In this document: positions 39,710 to 53,076 of the stretch, piece by piece
How the letters are laid out: the number at the start of each line of letters is the position of its first letter
How positions within the stretch are numbered: the first letter of the stretch is position 1
Origin: Octopus bimaculoides
Lineage: Eukaryota
NCBI RefSeq assembly: GCF_001194135.2
Contig: NC_068997.1
Span: forward strand, 1,495,556-1,559,555
DNA length: 64,000 nucleotides
Direction: 5' to 3'
Program-made: the position numbers and the translations under genes
The notes under the pieces: model-generated
Databases searched by the model: none
What the model was told of the DNA's origin: nothing
The model's input: the letters and a program-made list of their open reading frames with translations, nothing else

Positions 39710-39859
39710 CTAGAGTGAAGAGGAACAGAATTCATTGCTTAACATTCACTATTGAGCATTTTCACTGTTTGTTTCGATTATTAAACATTCAACCACAAGA
39801 AATTTCACATTTAATAAATTAAGCATTATCTCGGTCTTCAAAAACTGAAACAGGCCTCT

Positions 39860-40545
39860 TGCAGTTAACTATCGCCCAATCTCACCCCACTCCCAGATCA
39901 TAAAAGTGTTTGAAATTGTGGTGAGATCACGGATAACTGGCTTCTCAGAGAGCCACAACCAAATTGAGTTCTTGTCTGGCCTACATGTTGTATGCCAGTG
40001 GGCGGACAAAACAAAATGCGGTTAAATGGGGAGAAACTTGAACTCATACACTTTGGAAAAAAGACTATGCTCAAACAAGCATATTGTCTTTCTCAGGGCA
40101 ACTACTCACAGTGTCCAATAATATCAGTGACTTAGGAGTGATTGCTGACAACAACCTCAGCTGGAGTAGTCATATAAACATTAAAGTCGAAATGGATTGC
40201 AGGATAAGCTCCTGGATCCTCAGAACTTTTCGGTCCAGGGAGAAAAATATAATTCCCCTCTTCACCTTTGTAGGGCCACACCTAGAAGACTGCTGCCCCC
40301 TGTGGTTTTCCCTCACAACACAAGACATTAACCTAGGGAGCATTCACTAAAACAAATGAATGGTATGACTGATTTTCATTATTGGGACCGTCTTAAAACA
40401 ATGAATTTTTATTCTCTCCAGCGCCGCTCTGAGCGCTACATCATTTTCACAGTGTGGAGAATATACCACCAGCATTGCCCATATGGTCTTGATATTAAAT
40501 TCAGAGTTCCTCGGGGTGCTAAAGAGTCATTTAGTTCCTATGCTT
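39860..40545 (+). mobile_element. CR1-like LINE RT fragment with internal deletion
   Basis: ..IKVFEIVVRSRI.., QWAD..KMRLNGEKLELIHFGK, SDLGVIADNNLSWSSHI, SWILRTFRSRE, PHLEDCCPLW and YWDRLKTMNFYSLQRRSERY. Confidence 0.9.
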
Positions 40546-41334
40546 TCTAGAGAGACCCGGAAAAAGCAGTCTTCCAGGGTAGTAATATTCTATCTACTCA
40601 GGAGTCATCGGTTCGTACCACAGAAATGTCGCTTCTAGAGTGACTATCCCTTGAGCAACCGTCCCAGTTTACTATTGGCGTTTATGTATCAAATAAATGA
40701 TAACTATTACTCTCTATGTGCCATAACAGTTAAGGGCTTGCTTTGACTTACGTTGGTATAAAGAGTCGTTTGGAATATAAACAGAATAATCAAATTCAAT
40801 CTATTTGACGTCTTGTAAAAGCATGGAATGGTTTCATGTGGTGTTGTGGCGAGGCTGCTACATACTTTGATGTTTAAGTAAATGCCAGTTTAGCCATCAC
40901 ACGATTATAACTAATTTCACTAGCTTTTCAGTTATTCTTCTCTTTCGTTGGTCTTAGAAACCTACTTTGCATCAACTATCGGTAGAAAAAGTTCCGGACA
41001 GCTAGATATTATTCATAAGGAAGTGTGTAATTATAATTTAATTCACAAGCGCTTCAATATTTTAGATACCTAAAAGATGGTTCGTTAATCTTTAATCCAA
41101 GTGTTGCATCAGAATTCAATGCACATGATTTCGGGCAAGATCTATCGAATCAATTTCTCTCACGCACATACTCTTCTATTTAAAAAAAAATTATTTTATA
41201 GATTTCAGTCGTTGAACAACGTCCACGCTAGAACAATGCCTTCAAGGAGTTTAATCGATTACATCGTCACTAATAATTATTCAAGTCTACACATCTACAT
41301 AATACCGGGAGGTATAAGCACACATGTAGGATGA

Positions 41335-41462
41335 GGTCTTGCAGCTTTCCTCTACCAAAATCCACTTAGAAAGTATTGGCCAAGCCATTTGCCCAAAGTA
41401 CCACCAGTGAGATCTAAGCCATCATGTATGGTTGCAGAGCGGCCTTCTTAACCATACAGCTG
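41335..41462 (-). mobile_element. Diverged 5' fragment of SINE family A
   Basis: gctgtatggttaagaaggcc...caaccatacatgatgg...actttgggcaaatgg...gtggattttggtagaggaaagctg. Confidence 0.65.
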
Positions 41463-43139
41463 TCTTTACTTAAATAGTCAATATGTCTCAGGAAAGAATA
41501 CACACGCCTATCTTAAAGTGTTATATTTTTCAAATAACTTACTGTTTTATATCAGTTCAGTTTTAGCTTTGTAACTTGGATAGGAAATGAATGTGACTTG
41601 GATAGGAACTAAATTACCTGTGAACCTGGGGTAATGAATGAATAATTAATTTCTTGTCGCAGTTTAAAATCTTTATTTGTCTGACTGAACCTGGTGCGAT
41701 TTCGTTATTAGAATTCTTATTTGATATTTGGGGCGGTATACAACAATTAGCTTACTTGTATAATCTTCAGTAAAAAGACCTTCAAGTCTTATACGCAGGT
41801 GGAGAATAAATAACTTGTTACGTGTTAGAAATTCTAGAAAGAAGTGTAATGCTTAATGCATCAGTATATAGATTTTGGCCTCTGGTTTATAACAGAATCC
41901 TTTCGAATTCGTGATTAGTGTTTGATATTCACTTGACATGTGTTTTACTGATTGAGTTTACTCCCTTAGATTACATATGAGCAGTGCCTACCGTTTCTTT
42001 TCCTCACTATAAATTCAAGGAAATAATTCATTTTCATTAAGATCTACTTTTATTTTATTTAATGTAAGAAGAATATTTTTCTAAGCGTTGAATAGCCTTC
42101 TCTCATCATCACTATCTATTTAGTGGTTCGTTCTATATATATACTTAGTGCGGCGCTGTATTCAGCTAACAAAGACTACAGTTGCCAAATTGAAAATGGG
42201 ATTTTGAATTTTTAGATTTGTTTAAATAATGTGTATCATGATCTGAAGCCGATGTGTGCTAATGCGAACGTATGGTTTGTGAGGAGTCATACTTAAATGC
42301 AAACAATAAAATAGCACATAGCACAAAATAGCATTAATCTTTGTGTATATAGGCAGAGATAAAAATGTAAAAGGAAGTAAGAGAAAAAGAGAGAGAGAGA
42401 GGTATATTTATTTTGAAGACCCAGCAAATTCACCTGAAGTAATGTAAGCTAACTTCAATATTTGTATCTATTGAAGCGTCAAAACCATGCAGGATTCTCT
42501 CCTTCTCCCCTCCTCTCTCCCTCTCTCTCCTTCTCTCTTTCTCTCTCTTTCTCTTTCTCGAAAAAACTATTCTGAAACTGTAGTGCTCCTACCATCCTGT
42601 AACAAATTTCATTCAAAAATATTTGAACACCTGTGCTTAAATTGAGAACTATCATATGGTTGGTGGTGTAAACAATTGATCACCAGGAACAGCTGAAATA
42701 CAGAGCATGTAATATGGTGCAACCTCTGTATAACATAGTAAAACATGGCTGACAGATAAAGACTTCGCTCATAGTCTGGAACATTTCTTAAACGGCTATA
42801 AATTCCATCTCATAAGCTTTACGAAACACCGAAAATGCTATCATAATATTCATTTGATATTTTTTGTTATGATACTTGTTTCTCATGACTCTAAAAGAAA
42901 CATTACTCGCATGTACCGGTCCTGAAGACTACAAACGCATACCCAGCATTTTATCCCTTGTAACTCTTCAGTTATAACTGAAAAAAAAGAAAGAAAAAAA
43001 AACAATCACACCATACAAAGGAGCAGGGAAGATCTTGAAGACTATCAGCAACCATGTGAACAGAATAAATGTTTGAATACATTAAAAAAAGTAAAGAAAC
43101 TAGGAAAATCAAACACATGGTATGATAGCAATAAGTTCC

Positions 43140-43600
43140 AGAATATTATGTACGTTGATACAGCTCCCAGATGCGAACTAGCTGATAGATTTTAAAAGTT
43201 CGTCGTGAGTTGAAACTTAGAATTAATGTAGTAGAAAAACCACGCACAACCTTCAAATCACTTATCAGTAAATCCACCATTTCAGGAAAAAATTCTGCTC
43301 TGATAGCAAATGCATAGATTGTAAAACAATTCCACATATAAACTACAAAACTAGGGGCGTAGTTTATCAACTAAGATGTATGAAAAGACAATGGAGAAAT
43401 AGTATATTAGGGAAATAACTCGAAGTATAGAAGAAAAATCAAAGGTACACTGAAATAATTTAGAAAAACAGAAACATCGGTACCATATAAACATACTAAA
43501 GTAAATGATGGCGGGTTGGTAGGGAACATTGGGATAGTAATTCTTCCGATACACAAGCGTTAAGAAGAATAAAAGCTAAATACATCAAAGAAAATATGAG
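43140..43600 (+). mobile_element. Second Penelope-like GIY-YIG fragment, decayed
   Basis: LKLRINVVEKPRTTFKSLISKS...CIDCKTIPHINYKTRGVVYQLRC...YIREITRSIEEKSKVH (about YIGETxRS...H)...QALRRIKAKYIKEN, with stops and frameshifts. Confidence 0.75.
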
Positions 43601-44129
43601 CAGAACAGTTTCCGATTGCCGACGTCAAAGCCACTCATAAAATATCGTTAATCACAGACACGCATGACAAGACACAAACTTGACGAATATTAAAAGACAA
43701 TCCCAAAGCCCGCAAAAATTACACATATACACACATTACGTGAAGTAACGTAAATGCAAAGTCCATAGTTCAACGCAGAAACAATATCAACCAAAATCAC
43801 GCGCGCTATCAGAAGCCATGCAGAATATAATGTATCCACAGCACTAAGTTCAACGCGAACAATAATAAATGAACTCTTAAACACGCGCATCACACACACA
43901 CACACACACACACAAAATCATTAAACAGTGATCAGATTAAATGCCTCTACNNNNNNNNNNNNNNNNNNNNNNNNNNNNNNNNNNNNNNNNNNNNNNNNNN
44001 NNNNNNNNNNNNNNNNNNNNNNNNNNNNNNNNNNNNNNNNNNNNNNNNNNNNNNNNNNNNNNNNNNNNNNNNNNNNNNATCTCCTAACTTTATGGGGATG
44101 TTGATATTTTCCCCCTTCTCTTTGTATTA

Positions 44130-44990
44130 CTCAAATATGGAGAATGTTGCCTCTCAAAATATAGAAACGTTTCTCATGACGCCAGTAGGTAAAATGGAAA
44201 AAACGTTGGTCCAGATCACAGCGAGGAAAATGCGCAGGAACAGCCAGTTTGACTCGCAGGGCTCGCGTTTGATGACGGCAATCTCTGCTCCAATAGCAGT
44301 GAGCAGGAATATGGTCCGGGGACCATGGACGCCAGACGTCTCAGCTGCCACAGACTCGACCATAAAGCTGTTGGAGAGTGACCGAAAGCTTCACAGTTTG
44401 CTTCTCTAAGACTGACAAGCAGGTTGCCACTAGAAAAAGTGTCATAGCACGTGGCATTCTAGATGAGGGCCTATCAACAGAGAACGGGAGAATCGTCATA
44501 TCGTCCGGCATTTTAGCGTCCCCTCGGTCTCGCTCCACTGGCTCAAGCAGGGAAGAAAAGCCTGTGACGTCGAAGCCACGTTTTATGATCTTGTTAAGGG
44601 CAGCATGGCGTGGAAAGTAGCCAGCACTACGACGGCATGGTTATGTGTTGAGACCGAAAGAATCCACAATGGATGCGAAGCGGCATTCGTGAGGGTCGCA
44701 GATCTAGAGATCAAGCCTCAGGTAAACGCCGACGCGCAGGCAGTTGCCATCGAGCTGAGTGCTAGTTGCAAATCATGGCACCGCATTGAGCTAAGCGCCG
44801 TTGTGAGGCTCGGAGGGTGAGCGGAGACATGCCAGACGGTGCACTAACTCGACCGCGGCCACGCTACATTGGATCGCATCCCATGTCTTTTGAGAGGACT
44901 GGACGTCCACAGAAACAAAAAAAGGATGGAGTCAGCAGAGTGCAGGCGATGTCACGTAGGCTGCCTCGCGTTCCCCAATCACCGTTGTTT
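44130..44990 (-). mobile_element. CRE-clade (R2-group) non-LTR retrotransposon C-terminus: zinc knuckle and restriction-like endonuclease; decayed
   Basis: SEPHNGA*LNAVP...LRVGVYLRLDL*ICDPHECR...VDSFGL...CRRSAGYFPRHAALNKIIKR...LEPVERDRGDAKMPDDMTILPFS, then LI*NATCYDTFSSGNL, then AETSGVHGP...WLFLRIFLAVI. The N-gap lies just beyond its 3' end. Confidence 0.85.
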
Positions 44991-45453
44991 TAGTTATATT
45001 GTGAAGAGCCCTGTTAATAAGAGCACGGCAAGATGACACCGACAAGATAAAAGCCGGCAAGGCCAGTAAGACCGAAGATTAAAAGCCGAGGCCGCCATAT
45101 TTGATGGGTAAGATGGTCTGTTGAAATCCAGTGTCTATATGGAGAGAGAGAGAGAGAAAGATGAATACACAAAGAGTATCTTATCATAAGAGCAGTAAGA
45201 TGAACAACAAACATGCGATAAATAGTGAAGAGAAAAAGGTGAATGAGGGGCATATATCCATTGATAAGATCACAGACAGCGACGACAGATCTTGACAGAA
45301 TAATCGATTAGCCAACTGAATAGTAATTGATTGGTAATAAGGCTGAAAAGAAACATAACTAGCGTCTGTATAAAGATTGTATGATCCTGTGATCCTCTCA
45401 AAATATAACATATACACACGCGCGCGTGTCTGTATGTATGGATATATATATAT

Positions 45454-45528
<75 letters not shown>

Positions 45529-46008
45529 NNNNNNNNNNNNNNNNNNNNNNNNNNNNNNNNNNNNNNNNNNNNNNNNNNNNNNNNNNNNNNNNNNNNNNNN
45601 NNNNNNNNNNNNNNNNNNNNNNNNNNNNNNNNNNNNNNNNNNNNNNNNNNNNNNNNNNNNNNNNNNNNNNNNNNNNNNNNNNNNNNNNNNNNNNNNNNNN
45701 NNNNNNNNNNNNNNNNNNNNNNNNNNNNNNNNNNNNNNNNNNNNNNNNNNNNNNNNNNNNNNNNNNNNNNNNNNNNNNNNNNNNNNNNNNNNNNNNNNNN
45801 NNNNNNNNNNNNNNNNNNNNNNNNNNNNNNNNNNNNNNNNNNNNNNNNNNNNNNNNNNNNNNNNNNNNNNNNNNNNNNNNNNNNNNNNNNNNNNNNNNNN
45901 NNNNNNNNNNNNNNNNNNNNNNNNNNNNNNNNNNNNNNNNNNNNNNNNNNNNNNNNNNNNNNNNNNNNNNNNNNNNNNNNNNNNNNNNNNNNNNNNNNNN
46001 NNNNNNNN

Positions 46009-46049
<41 letters not shown>

Positions 46050-46759
46050 CATGCAAGAATACACACGCACGCACATACACACGCACATACACACACACGC
46101 AAGCAAGGATAACGATAGATAGAATTTAGAACTGGCAAAGCTAAATATTGGTTACTTCTAGACGAGTGTCCATAATACCCGATTTACCCGGGTGTCTGGA
46201 TGAAGTACATTTAGTGTTTTTCTATAGAATGTTCATTCTTGTTCTGAATTATTTATTATTTATAATGGAGAGATCAATATTTATATAATATGAATACAGA
46301 ACATAAATTACGGTGGGGTTGCTAATGTAGTGTAATTAATTCTATTCATTATAACCTTCGTCTCTAATAATTGTTCATTGTATTGTCAAAGTAGAAATAA
46401 TTATATAAAATACATCCACAGAATATATAATAAATGATGATACAAATCGAATCTAATGAAATATATATCAATGAAAGGTCTTCCAAATACATCTGACAGT
46501 GATTAATATTTTACAATTTATTATCGTTATTATCAGAGAAGTATCTAAAAAGTCTTACGTCACATTTACGATAGCGAAATATAAATTAATAATATTTAAT
46601 TGAGACATTTCTTTGAAATAATTTCTTGGAGATATGGTCTAAGAATTTATAACCAGAAAAGGAAGACATTCGCATCTGAATTTGTTTCTTGTTGCTTGAC
46701 TGAGTTTGAAATGAAGTCGTTATGAACATCCGTTTGTAGTGATGATTCACTTCTTTATC

Positions 46760-47010
46760 GTTTATTGTTTGTTTTATCTATTACTTGTTTCAGTCATTAG
46801 ACTGCGGCCATGTTGGGGCATTGCTTTGAATAATTTTAGTGGAATGCATCGATTCCAGTACTTATTTTTTTTTGTCAAGCCTGGTACTTATTCTACTGTT
46901 CTCTTTTGCCGAACCGCTAATATTCGGGGACGTAAGCACATCAACACCGGTCGTCAAAAGGTGGTTGTTAAGACGAGCACACACACATACACACGCGCAC
47001 GCGCACGCGG

Positions 47011-47049
<39 letters not shown>

Positions 47050-47285
47050 TACACACACAAACACACAAACACACACAAGCACGCACGCACACACACACAC
47101 ATATACACAAACACACACACACACACACACACGCACACACACACGTGTAGACATATATACTTCGGTCTTCCTTCAGTTTCCATCTAACAAATCCACTAAC
47201 AATGCTTCGGTTGGCCCGAGCAGAAGGCTTTTGCGTAAGGTGCCACTTGGTTGGGAAGCAAGCTTCTTACCATACAGCCACGCCT
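46760..47285 (-). mobile_element. SINE family A with long central (CA)n
   Basis: Head aggcgtggctgtatggtaagaagcttgcttccc and 3' domain catggccgcagtctaatgactgaaacaagtaatag. Confidence 0.9.
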
Positions 47286-48556
47286 AAACTTTTAAAAATA
47301 TAACCCGATGCCATTGGAATATTGCTGACTATCGCTGGCTGAAAGATTCTTGATTCGATTTACAACTTATAAAACACGTCAACGTTAATATAACAAATAA
47401 TAAGAATAATATTTGATTATCTTAGCCTATTTCCCTATAACTGAAACGGCTTGGCTAAATAGAGAAAGGATTGAATTCTAACCCTTTAGGCCATTTATTC
47501 AAATCTAATGCAACCATTTTGTTTTCAGACTGGACACAAAGCTTATCTATGATTATCAGTTTACAGGTATCGAAAATAAATCTCGACTGTTTGAGACCTT
47601 CAAAAGAAGCTAAAGGAAAAAAAAAGCCTTTCAAAGTGTATTACTGGGAGAAATTCAGAAGAGAGATTCATGAATCGCTAGTTGATTACATGGCAATAAC
47701 CGGGATATGTTGCTATAGTAATACAAACTTTCATACGCACACACATACGCACACACATGCACATACACACACACATACACACAGAGAAATATCTATACTC
47801 GCATATACATATATGTATGGATACACAGATACTAATATATACACATATTTTTCATGTATACATAAATATATACATACATATATGTATATACATACACATA
47901 CATATGTATATATACATTCAAACACATATATACATACACACACACACACATATATATATAAATGTGTGTATGTTTGAATGTATATATACATATGTATTTA
48001 TGTTATCTTCAATATAGAGAAGGAAGACATGTTATCTTGTGTCGTTGTATCTTTTATATATGTTTTATTCCATATTACGTACAGTTTGTATGTCATATTT
48101 TTATGTCATATCCGGTATATCACTTATGATATATTATAATGAGTAGCAAATACGGTTTACTGGTAACAATGCAAACATTTATGACAACACATAGATATTT
48201 AATCGATTATTTTATTTACCGTAGATGATGTCATATTTGGCAGACTGTTAGGAACAACGGATTTTAGATTTCAAAAGAAAATATCAAGACTATAAGACGT
48301 CTAAAAGAAAAGATAGGAATAAATATAGAAAAGTAAATAAACAAAACAAAAAAGAACAAAAATCACGAGAAAATATCCATTTTCTCTACTGTGTGTATTC
48401 AATGAAGAAATATCAACCAAATTCTATTAGAAGCTGTTCACTCGTTATAAGAACGTTAGTTTGTTATGAAGAAGATGCTAACTTAAATGTCAGATCTCTG
48501 CGATTGTGTATTTCCTGCCAGCGTAATTCAATAACAATTAATAAATCAGAACTCAC

Positions 48557-48666
48557 CTCAAAGTTTAGATATAACTGCGGAATCAATACGTCGATGTAAT
48601 AATCATATCACAGAGGACATTGAAATAGAATAGTAAGTTGATGCTTTCGTCAATGTAGCAACAGAC
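48557..48666 (-). other. Candidate non-coding (UTR or lncRNA) exon, 110 nt
   Basis: Very strong acceptor cttccctcgtttcttttctgccag| and donor GAG|gtgagt. All three frames contain stops. Confidence 0.35.
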
Positions 48667-48814
48667 CTGGCAGAAAAGAAACGAGGGAAGACGTAATAAG
48701 TATTGATATTCACAACTGACAAATTTAATTCATGATTCTGAAAGACCTAAATTAATCGTATTACATGTAATTGATACAAGAAAGCAGAAAAATATTATAG
48801 TGTTTAAAAGAAAG

Positions 48815-49740
48815 TTTTTTTTCTAAAATCTACAAATGTTAAGCATAATCATGTGTTGTAAGTTTCGCGTTTTCCTTTACTAGGCTTATAGCATGCATGT
48901 AGTGTGCATGCATGTTGTTCTATAGTTTTTCCTGAAGCCTGCCTGTTCTGCTATGAGACGCGGGTGCTGAAAAGTTCTTGGCTTTGGGTAAAAGAAAATA
49001 CAGGATAATCAGTTAATCATGATTTTATTCAACATAATCCTCTCTCAAATTCACGCACTCATTGCAGTGGTCCTTCAATTTTTTAAGCCCCGTAAAAGAA
49101 TTCGGAACCTCCAGCCAAGCCTTTCGCGATACTCTTAAAGACAGGTATTTTTCAGTATCCCCCTCGTACTGTTCTCATCCATCTTTCTCTCAGTTCATTT
49201 TGATATGATATTCGAAAAGATCTTGTAGATGCGTGACAGTAGACTGAATTGTCTAAAGTTCTTTGGCAGCCCCCATTTTTATAAAAAAGGATCAGTTAGG
49301 AATTTTTCCACATATTCATGTAGGCATAGGTTTTTGTTTCCTTTATAACATTTCTAACTTTGCCTCTAAATGTCTGTGACCCTTTCCGTTGAATTTACTG
49401 TTCGGGAAACTTCCTTGTTTGGTTGATATAGGGTTTTATAGAATTCTTATTTTTTCTAATATTTACACACTCTCTGTGAGTTGTTTACCATGTTTGTCAT
49501 TCAGACATTTGATAGTGTTACGTCCCATAATAATTGTTTTGTTTAACTTTGAAAGACTTTTGTGGTTTTCAGTTATTTGAAAGACTTTTGTTGTTTTCAA
49601 TTGTTTCCTTAATCGTCTTTTATTTTCTTTGAATCTTTTCCTTATTCTGTTACATAATTCAGTATATTCAATGCGCCGTGTAAATGAATGTTGTTTCAAT
49701 TTTCTTAGGATATTAATGAGATTGATAATATCTCTCGGTA
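48815..49740 (-). mobile_element. Inverted 5' segment of an RTE LINE (linker and RT domains 0-3), split by a mariner MITE
   Basis: Minus strand: RIEYTELCNRIRKR...KSLSKLNKTIIMGRNTIKCLNDKHG, then WKNS*LILFYKNG..SLLSRIYKIFSNII..MDEN, the MITE, then AEQAGFRKNYRTT...FVDFRK. Confidence 0.9.
48952..49168. mobile_element. Mariner-type MITE nested in the RTE at a TA site
   Basis: Left end tatgagacgcgggtgctgaaaagttcttggc and right end (reverse complement) tacgagggggatactgaaaaatacctgtc, with TA at both termini. RTE RT homology resumes on both sides. Confidence 0.88.
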
Positions 49741-50655
49741 ATGTTTTGTTTTGCAACAACCATAAACAACATAACGATTGATATGAAAAAAGGGAAACGC
49801 GTCAAACAAGGAGACACCACGTCACCGAAATTACTCACCTCTGCATTAGAAAAGGTTTTTTTAAAAAACTTATATTGGTCAAATAAAGGAGTAAGTATAA
49901 ATAGATGCATTCTAAATCATCTCAAATTCGCTGATGACATTGTACTCATTTTCAGGAGAATTAAAGAATCAACAGAAAAGCTCAGAAAACTAAAAGGAGA
50001 AAGCAAAAAAATGTGGCCTCAGAATTAATATCAATAAAACGAAGATAATCTCCAACCATCCAAACATAGATGAGGAAACACATGAGATAAAGAAATATTT
50101 GAACATGAGAGCCGATACACCAATCTAGGATAAATAATCTTCTTAAAGGATGAAAATCAGACCAAAGAAATTGAACGACGAATACAATTAGAATGGGAAT
50201 CATTTCGTAAATTGAATCACACCATGAGCATGTATCTAACTACAAAGATCTTCGACCATTGTGTGCTGTTTACCATTATGTAAGCCTCAGAAACATAGAC
50301 TATCAACAAGAGTATTGAAAATAGATTAAGAACTATGGAAAGGCGAAGGCTGGAAATGAACAAAATAGATAAATGGAGAAACAATGTGATAAGAGTGGCA
50401 ACAAGTTTAACTGACATTACGCGGAAAATAAAAATTAAAATGGTCTTTCGATGAACACGGGACAATATATGGAATACCAAATTAACAGAGCGGACGCAAT
50501 GTCCAGAAAAAAAGAAGGGAAGACCATGCAGAATTTGGAATAAAGACTGTTAAATTCTTCGGCACCCAAACATAGATGAGGAAAAACACCAGTCCATGAT
50601 TGGTGGAAAGAACATGCTGAGATATTCGTCCATGTAGGGACTGAAGATGTGCAAG
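49741..50655 (+). mobile_element. 3' segment of the same RTE LINE (RT domains 4-7 to C-terminus)
   Basis: KGKRVKQGDTTSPKLLTSALEKVF..LYWSNKGVSINRCILNHLKFADDIVL, then EIERRIQLEWESFRKL, KIFDHCVLFTI, MERRRLE and KKKGRPCRIWNKD. Confidence 0.92.
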
Positions 50656-51280
50656 GATGACGCAAAGAATGTTTCACCGGTGTTTAAGTATCTATTACCA
50701 GAAAATAACTATGAATATGGAATGCAATGGTATTTAACAGAATATTTAACATACGCTATCAAAATGATAATATTTAATAAAGGTAAATTAAGTGAGGTGA
50801 CAAATAGAAATTCTACAGGAATATATTTGAAGCGATCCACACACTAACATAATTTTCATAACGCGCGGCTTGTATTTATTTGTATTAATTATGAGTAGTA
50901 ATTATTTGTGAAGTTATTTATACAGCAAACTACAGCATGGACCTTTGCTAAGTGTTAGAAAGCCATATGTATTTGCTACCATCCTGACTATAGAGAGCTT
51001 CAAATAGTTTCTAAATAAAATTATAATTATTTCGAAAATGAAATATAATGATATTATTGACAATTTCTCTGAAATTGGACAAAGCACATAACATTCTGAA
51101 TTTCAATTCACTAAATCTAAATGGTGAACGATATGCTGTGAGTCTAATATTCAGTGGTCATGGTAACAAATCCAATCATGTTTCTTTATTATTAGGTCAC
51201 CTTAGCGAGCCACACTCAACTCAAAGATACGAAACTACTTTAAAGTGTTATGAAGCCATAAAATAAAAGTAATAAAAGTT

Positions 51281-51325
<45 letters not shown>

Positions 51326-51782
51326 TTATACAGCATCGATGTGAAGACGTATATCTACGTTTTGCACATACATATCTATGTGCGCATACACACTCAAATC
51401 TTTGTGCATGTGTCTGTCCGTGTATAGGTATATGTGTGCATGTATATATACACATGGATCCGCAACGAAATACACTTCTTACAGTGTGAAGAAAACAAAC
51501 TCAGAAATATAAGGTGTGTAGAGAAATGGTTTAATATGGCGCCTATAAAAAAGAAACTACATAGATTTGTCAGTGGTGAGATTTGACAAATAATAACAGC
51601 AAAAATATAATTGGATTATAGTTTAAAAGGAAATAGGTTCGTTGTATTGATTAAATCAAATTCTGAAGCGAAGTCGCATCCGAAAGTGTATAGATCCTGC
51701 ACTTCTACTGCATCTTCAGTGCAGTTATAACAATATTTCACTGAATAATTAACACTGAATTTGATTATGTGTGATGTTGGCT

Positions 51783-51813
<31 letters not shown>

Positions 51814-52126
51814 ATGAACGTATGAATGTATGTATGCATGCATGCAGACACGCATGTATGCATGTATGTACGTATATATTTATCTATGAATACACATACA
51901 TACGCACATGCATACACATGCAATATGAGTATGCTTGTGTGTGTGTGTGTGCGTGTGTATGCGCTTAAATATTCTCTTAATATTCCTACGCTTTGTCTCC
52001 AATATAACACTTGCAACTTTAGTTACCTGATTTTTTACTTTGGGTTGCAGGATGTTGTTTAAGATGAAACCCTTAAGTGTCGCCACAGTTTGCTTGTATA
52101 TATATGTATATATATATATGTACATA

Positions 52127-52199
<73 letters not shown>

Positions 52200-52207
52200 C
52201 AGATATA

Positions 52208-53076
52208 TATACATGTTAACTGACGTACCCGGTAATTCCCGGTAAAGAAGGTTTTATCCCTTGGTTCCGTTCTCATAATTGTTTCGCTAATCCAATAACT
52301 ACAATACAAAGTATGTAGCTCTTAAAACGGTTTTTCTGCATTTACAGAGAATATCGAACTGTCTTACACAGGATCTTGTATTTAGGAATTCTCAATATGT
52401 GAAGTCAGTTATGTAATAACATATAATTAGTTACCCGATAGTAAGAATTCAAATAAAGTAGCCCCGAAAAGGGCTTCAATGCGTTCCCAGAGTATATAGA
52501 ACATAAGAGGAAATACTAATAAGGTATGCATACTAAAATGTTGAAGCATGTTACGTAATCAGATATGAGATAATAACAATTCAAAATAAATAACGTAGAA
52601 AATATTACCATGAGGGGCGCTAGTGTTGGTATATTCGTGAATAACTCACTAACCGAAATAAGCGGATCTATTGTTTAGGAAAATACTATTTACTTGTTTA
52701 AGGGTTGCACTGGATAAATTGCGACAATAACTCTAACAGTTCAAATACTAAAAAATAAGCATACTCAATTTGATTTATAACAAATAATTTGGGAAAATCA
52801 ATGGGTTATTTCCCTTGGCTATATATAAGGATCTTTTCCAGGGATGAATGGGTTATTTCCCTTGGCTTTTAAAATAAAATATATTAGATATATATAAGGA
52901 TCCCTTCCAGAGGCCCTATTATCAGTTTTTTCAACAACCCGAGTATGCCATGAAATTTGCAGACATGAATTGGACTCACGTGTCAAGTTTCATCAAAATC
53001 GATAAAATGATGCAGGAGTTAGCTAACAACTACACAAACACACCCACAGACAGAATTTCTCACATATGTAGTAGAT
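52208..53076 (+). mobile_element. Probable non-autonomous Helitron-like element
   Basis: The 5' end tatac..taactgacgtacccggtaattcccggt resembles the ACTAGCTG..CCCGG...CCCGG start. The 3' end is aagtttcatcaaaatcg...acacaaacacacccacagacagaatttctcacatatgtagtagat. An internal 20-bp direct repeat atgggttatttcccttggct lies at 52801 and 52848. Confidence 0.6.
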
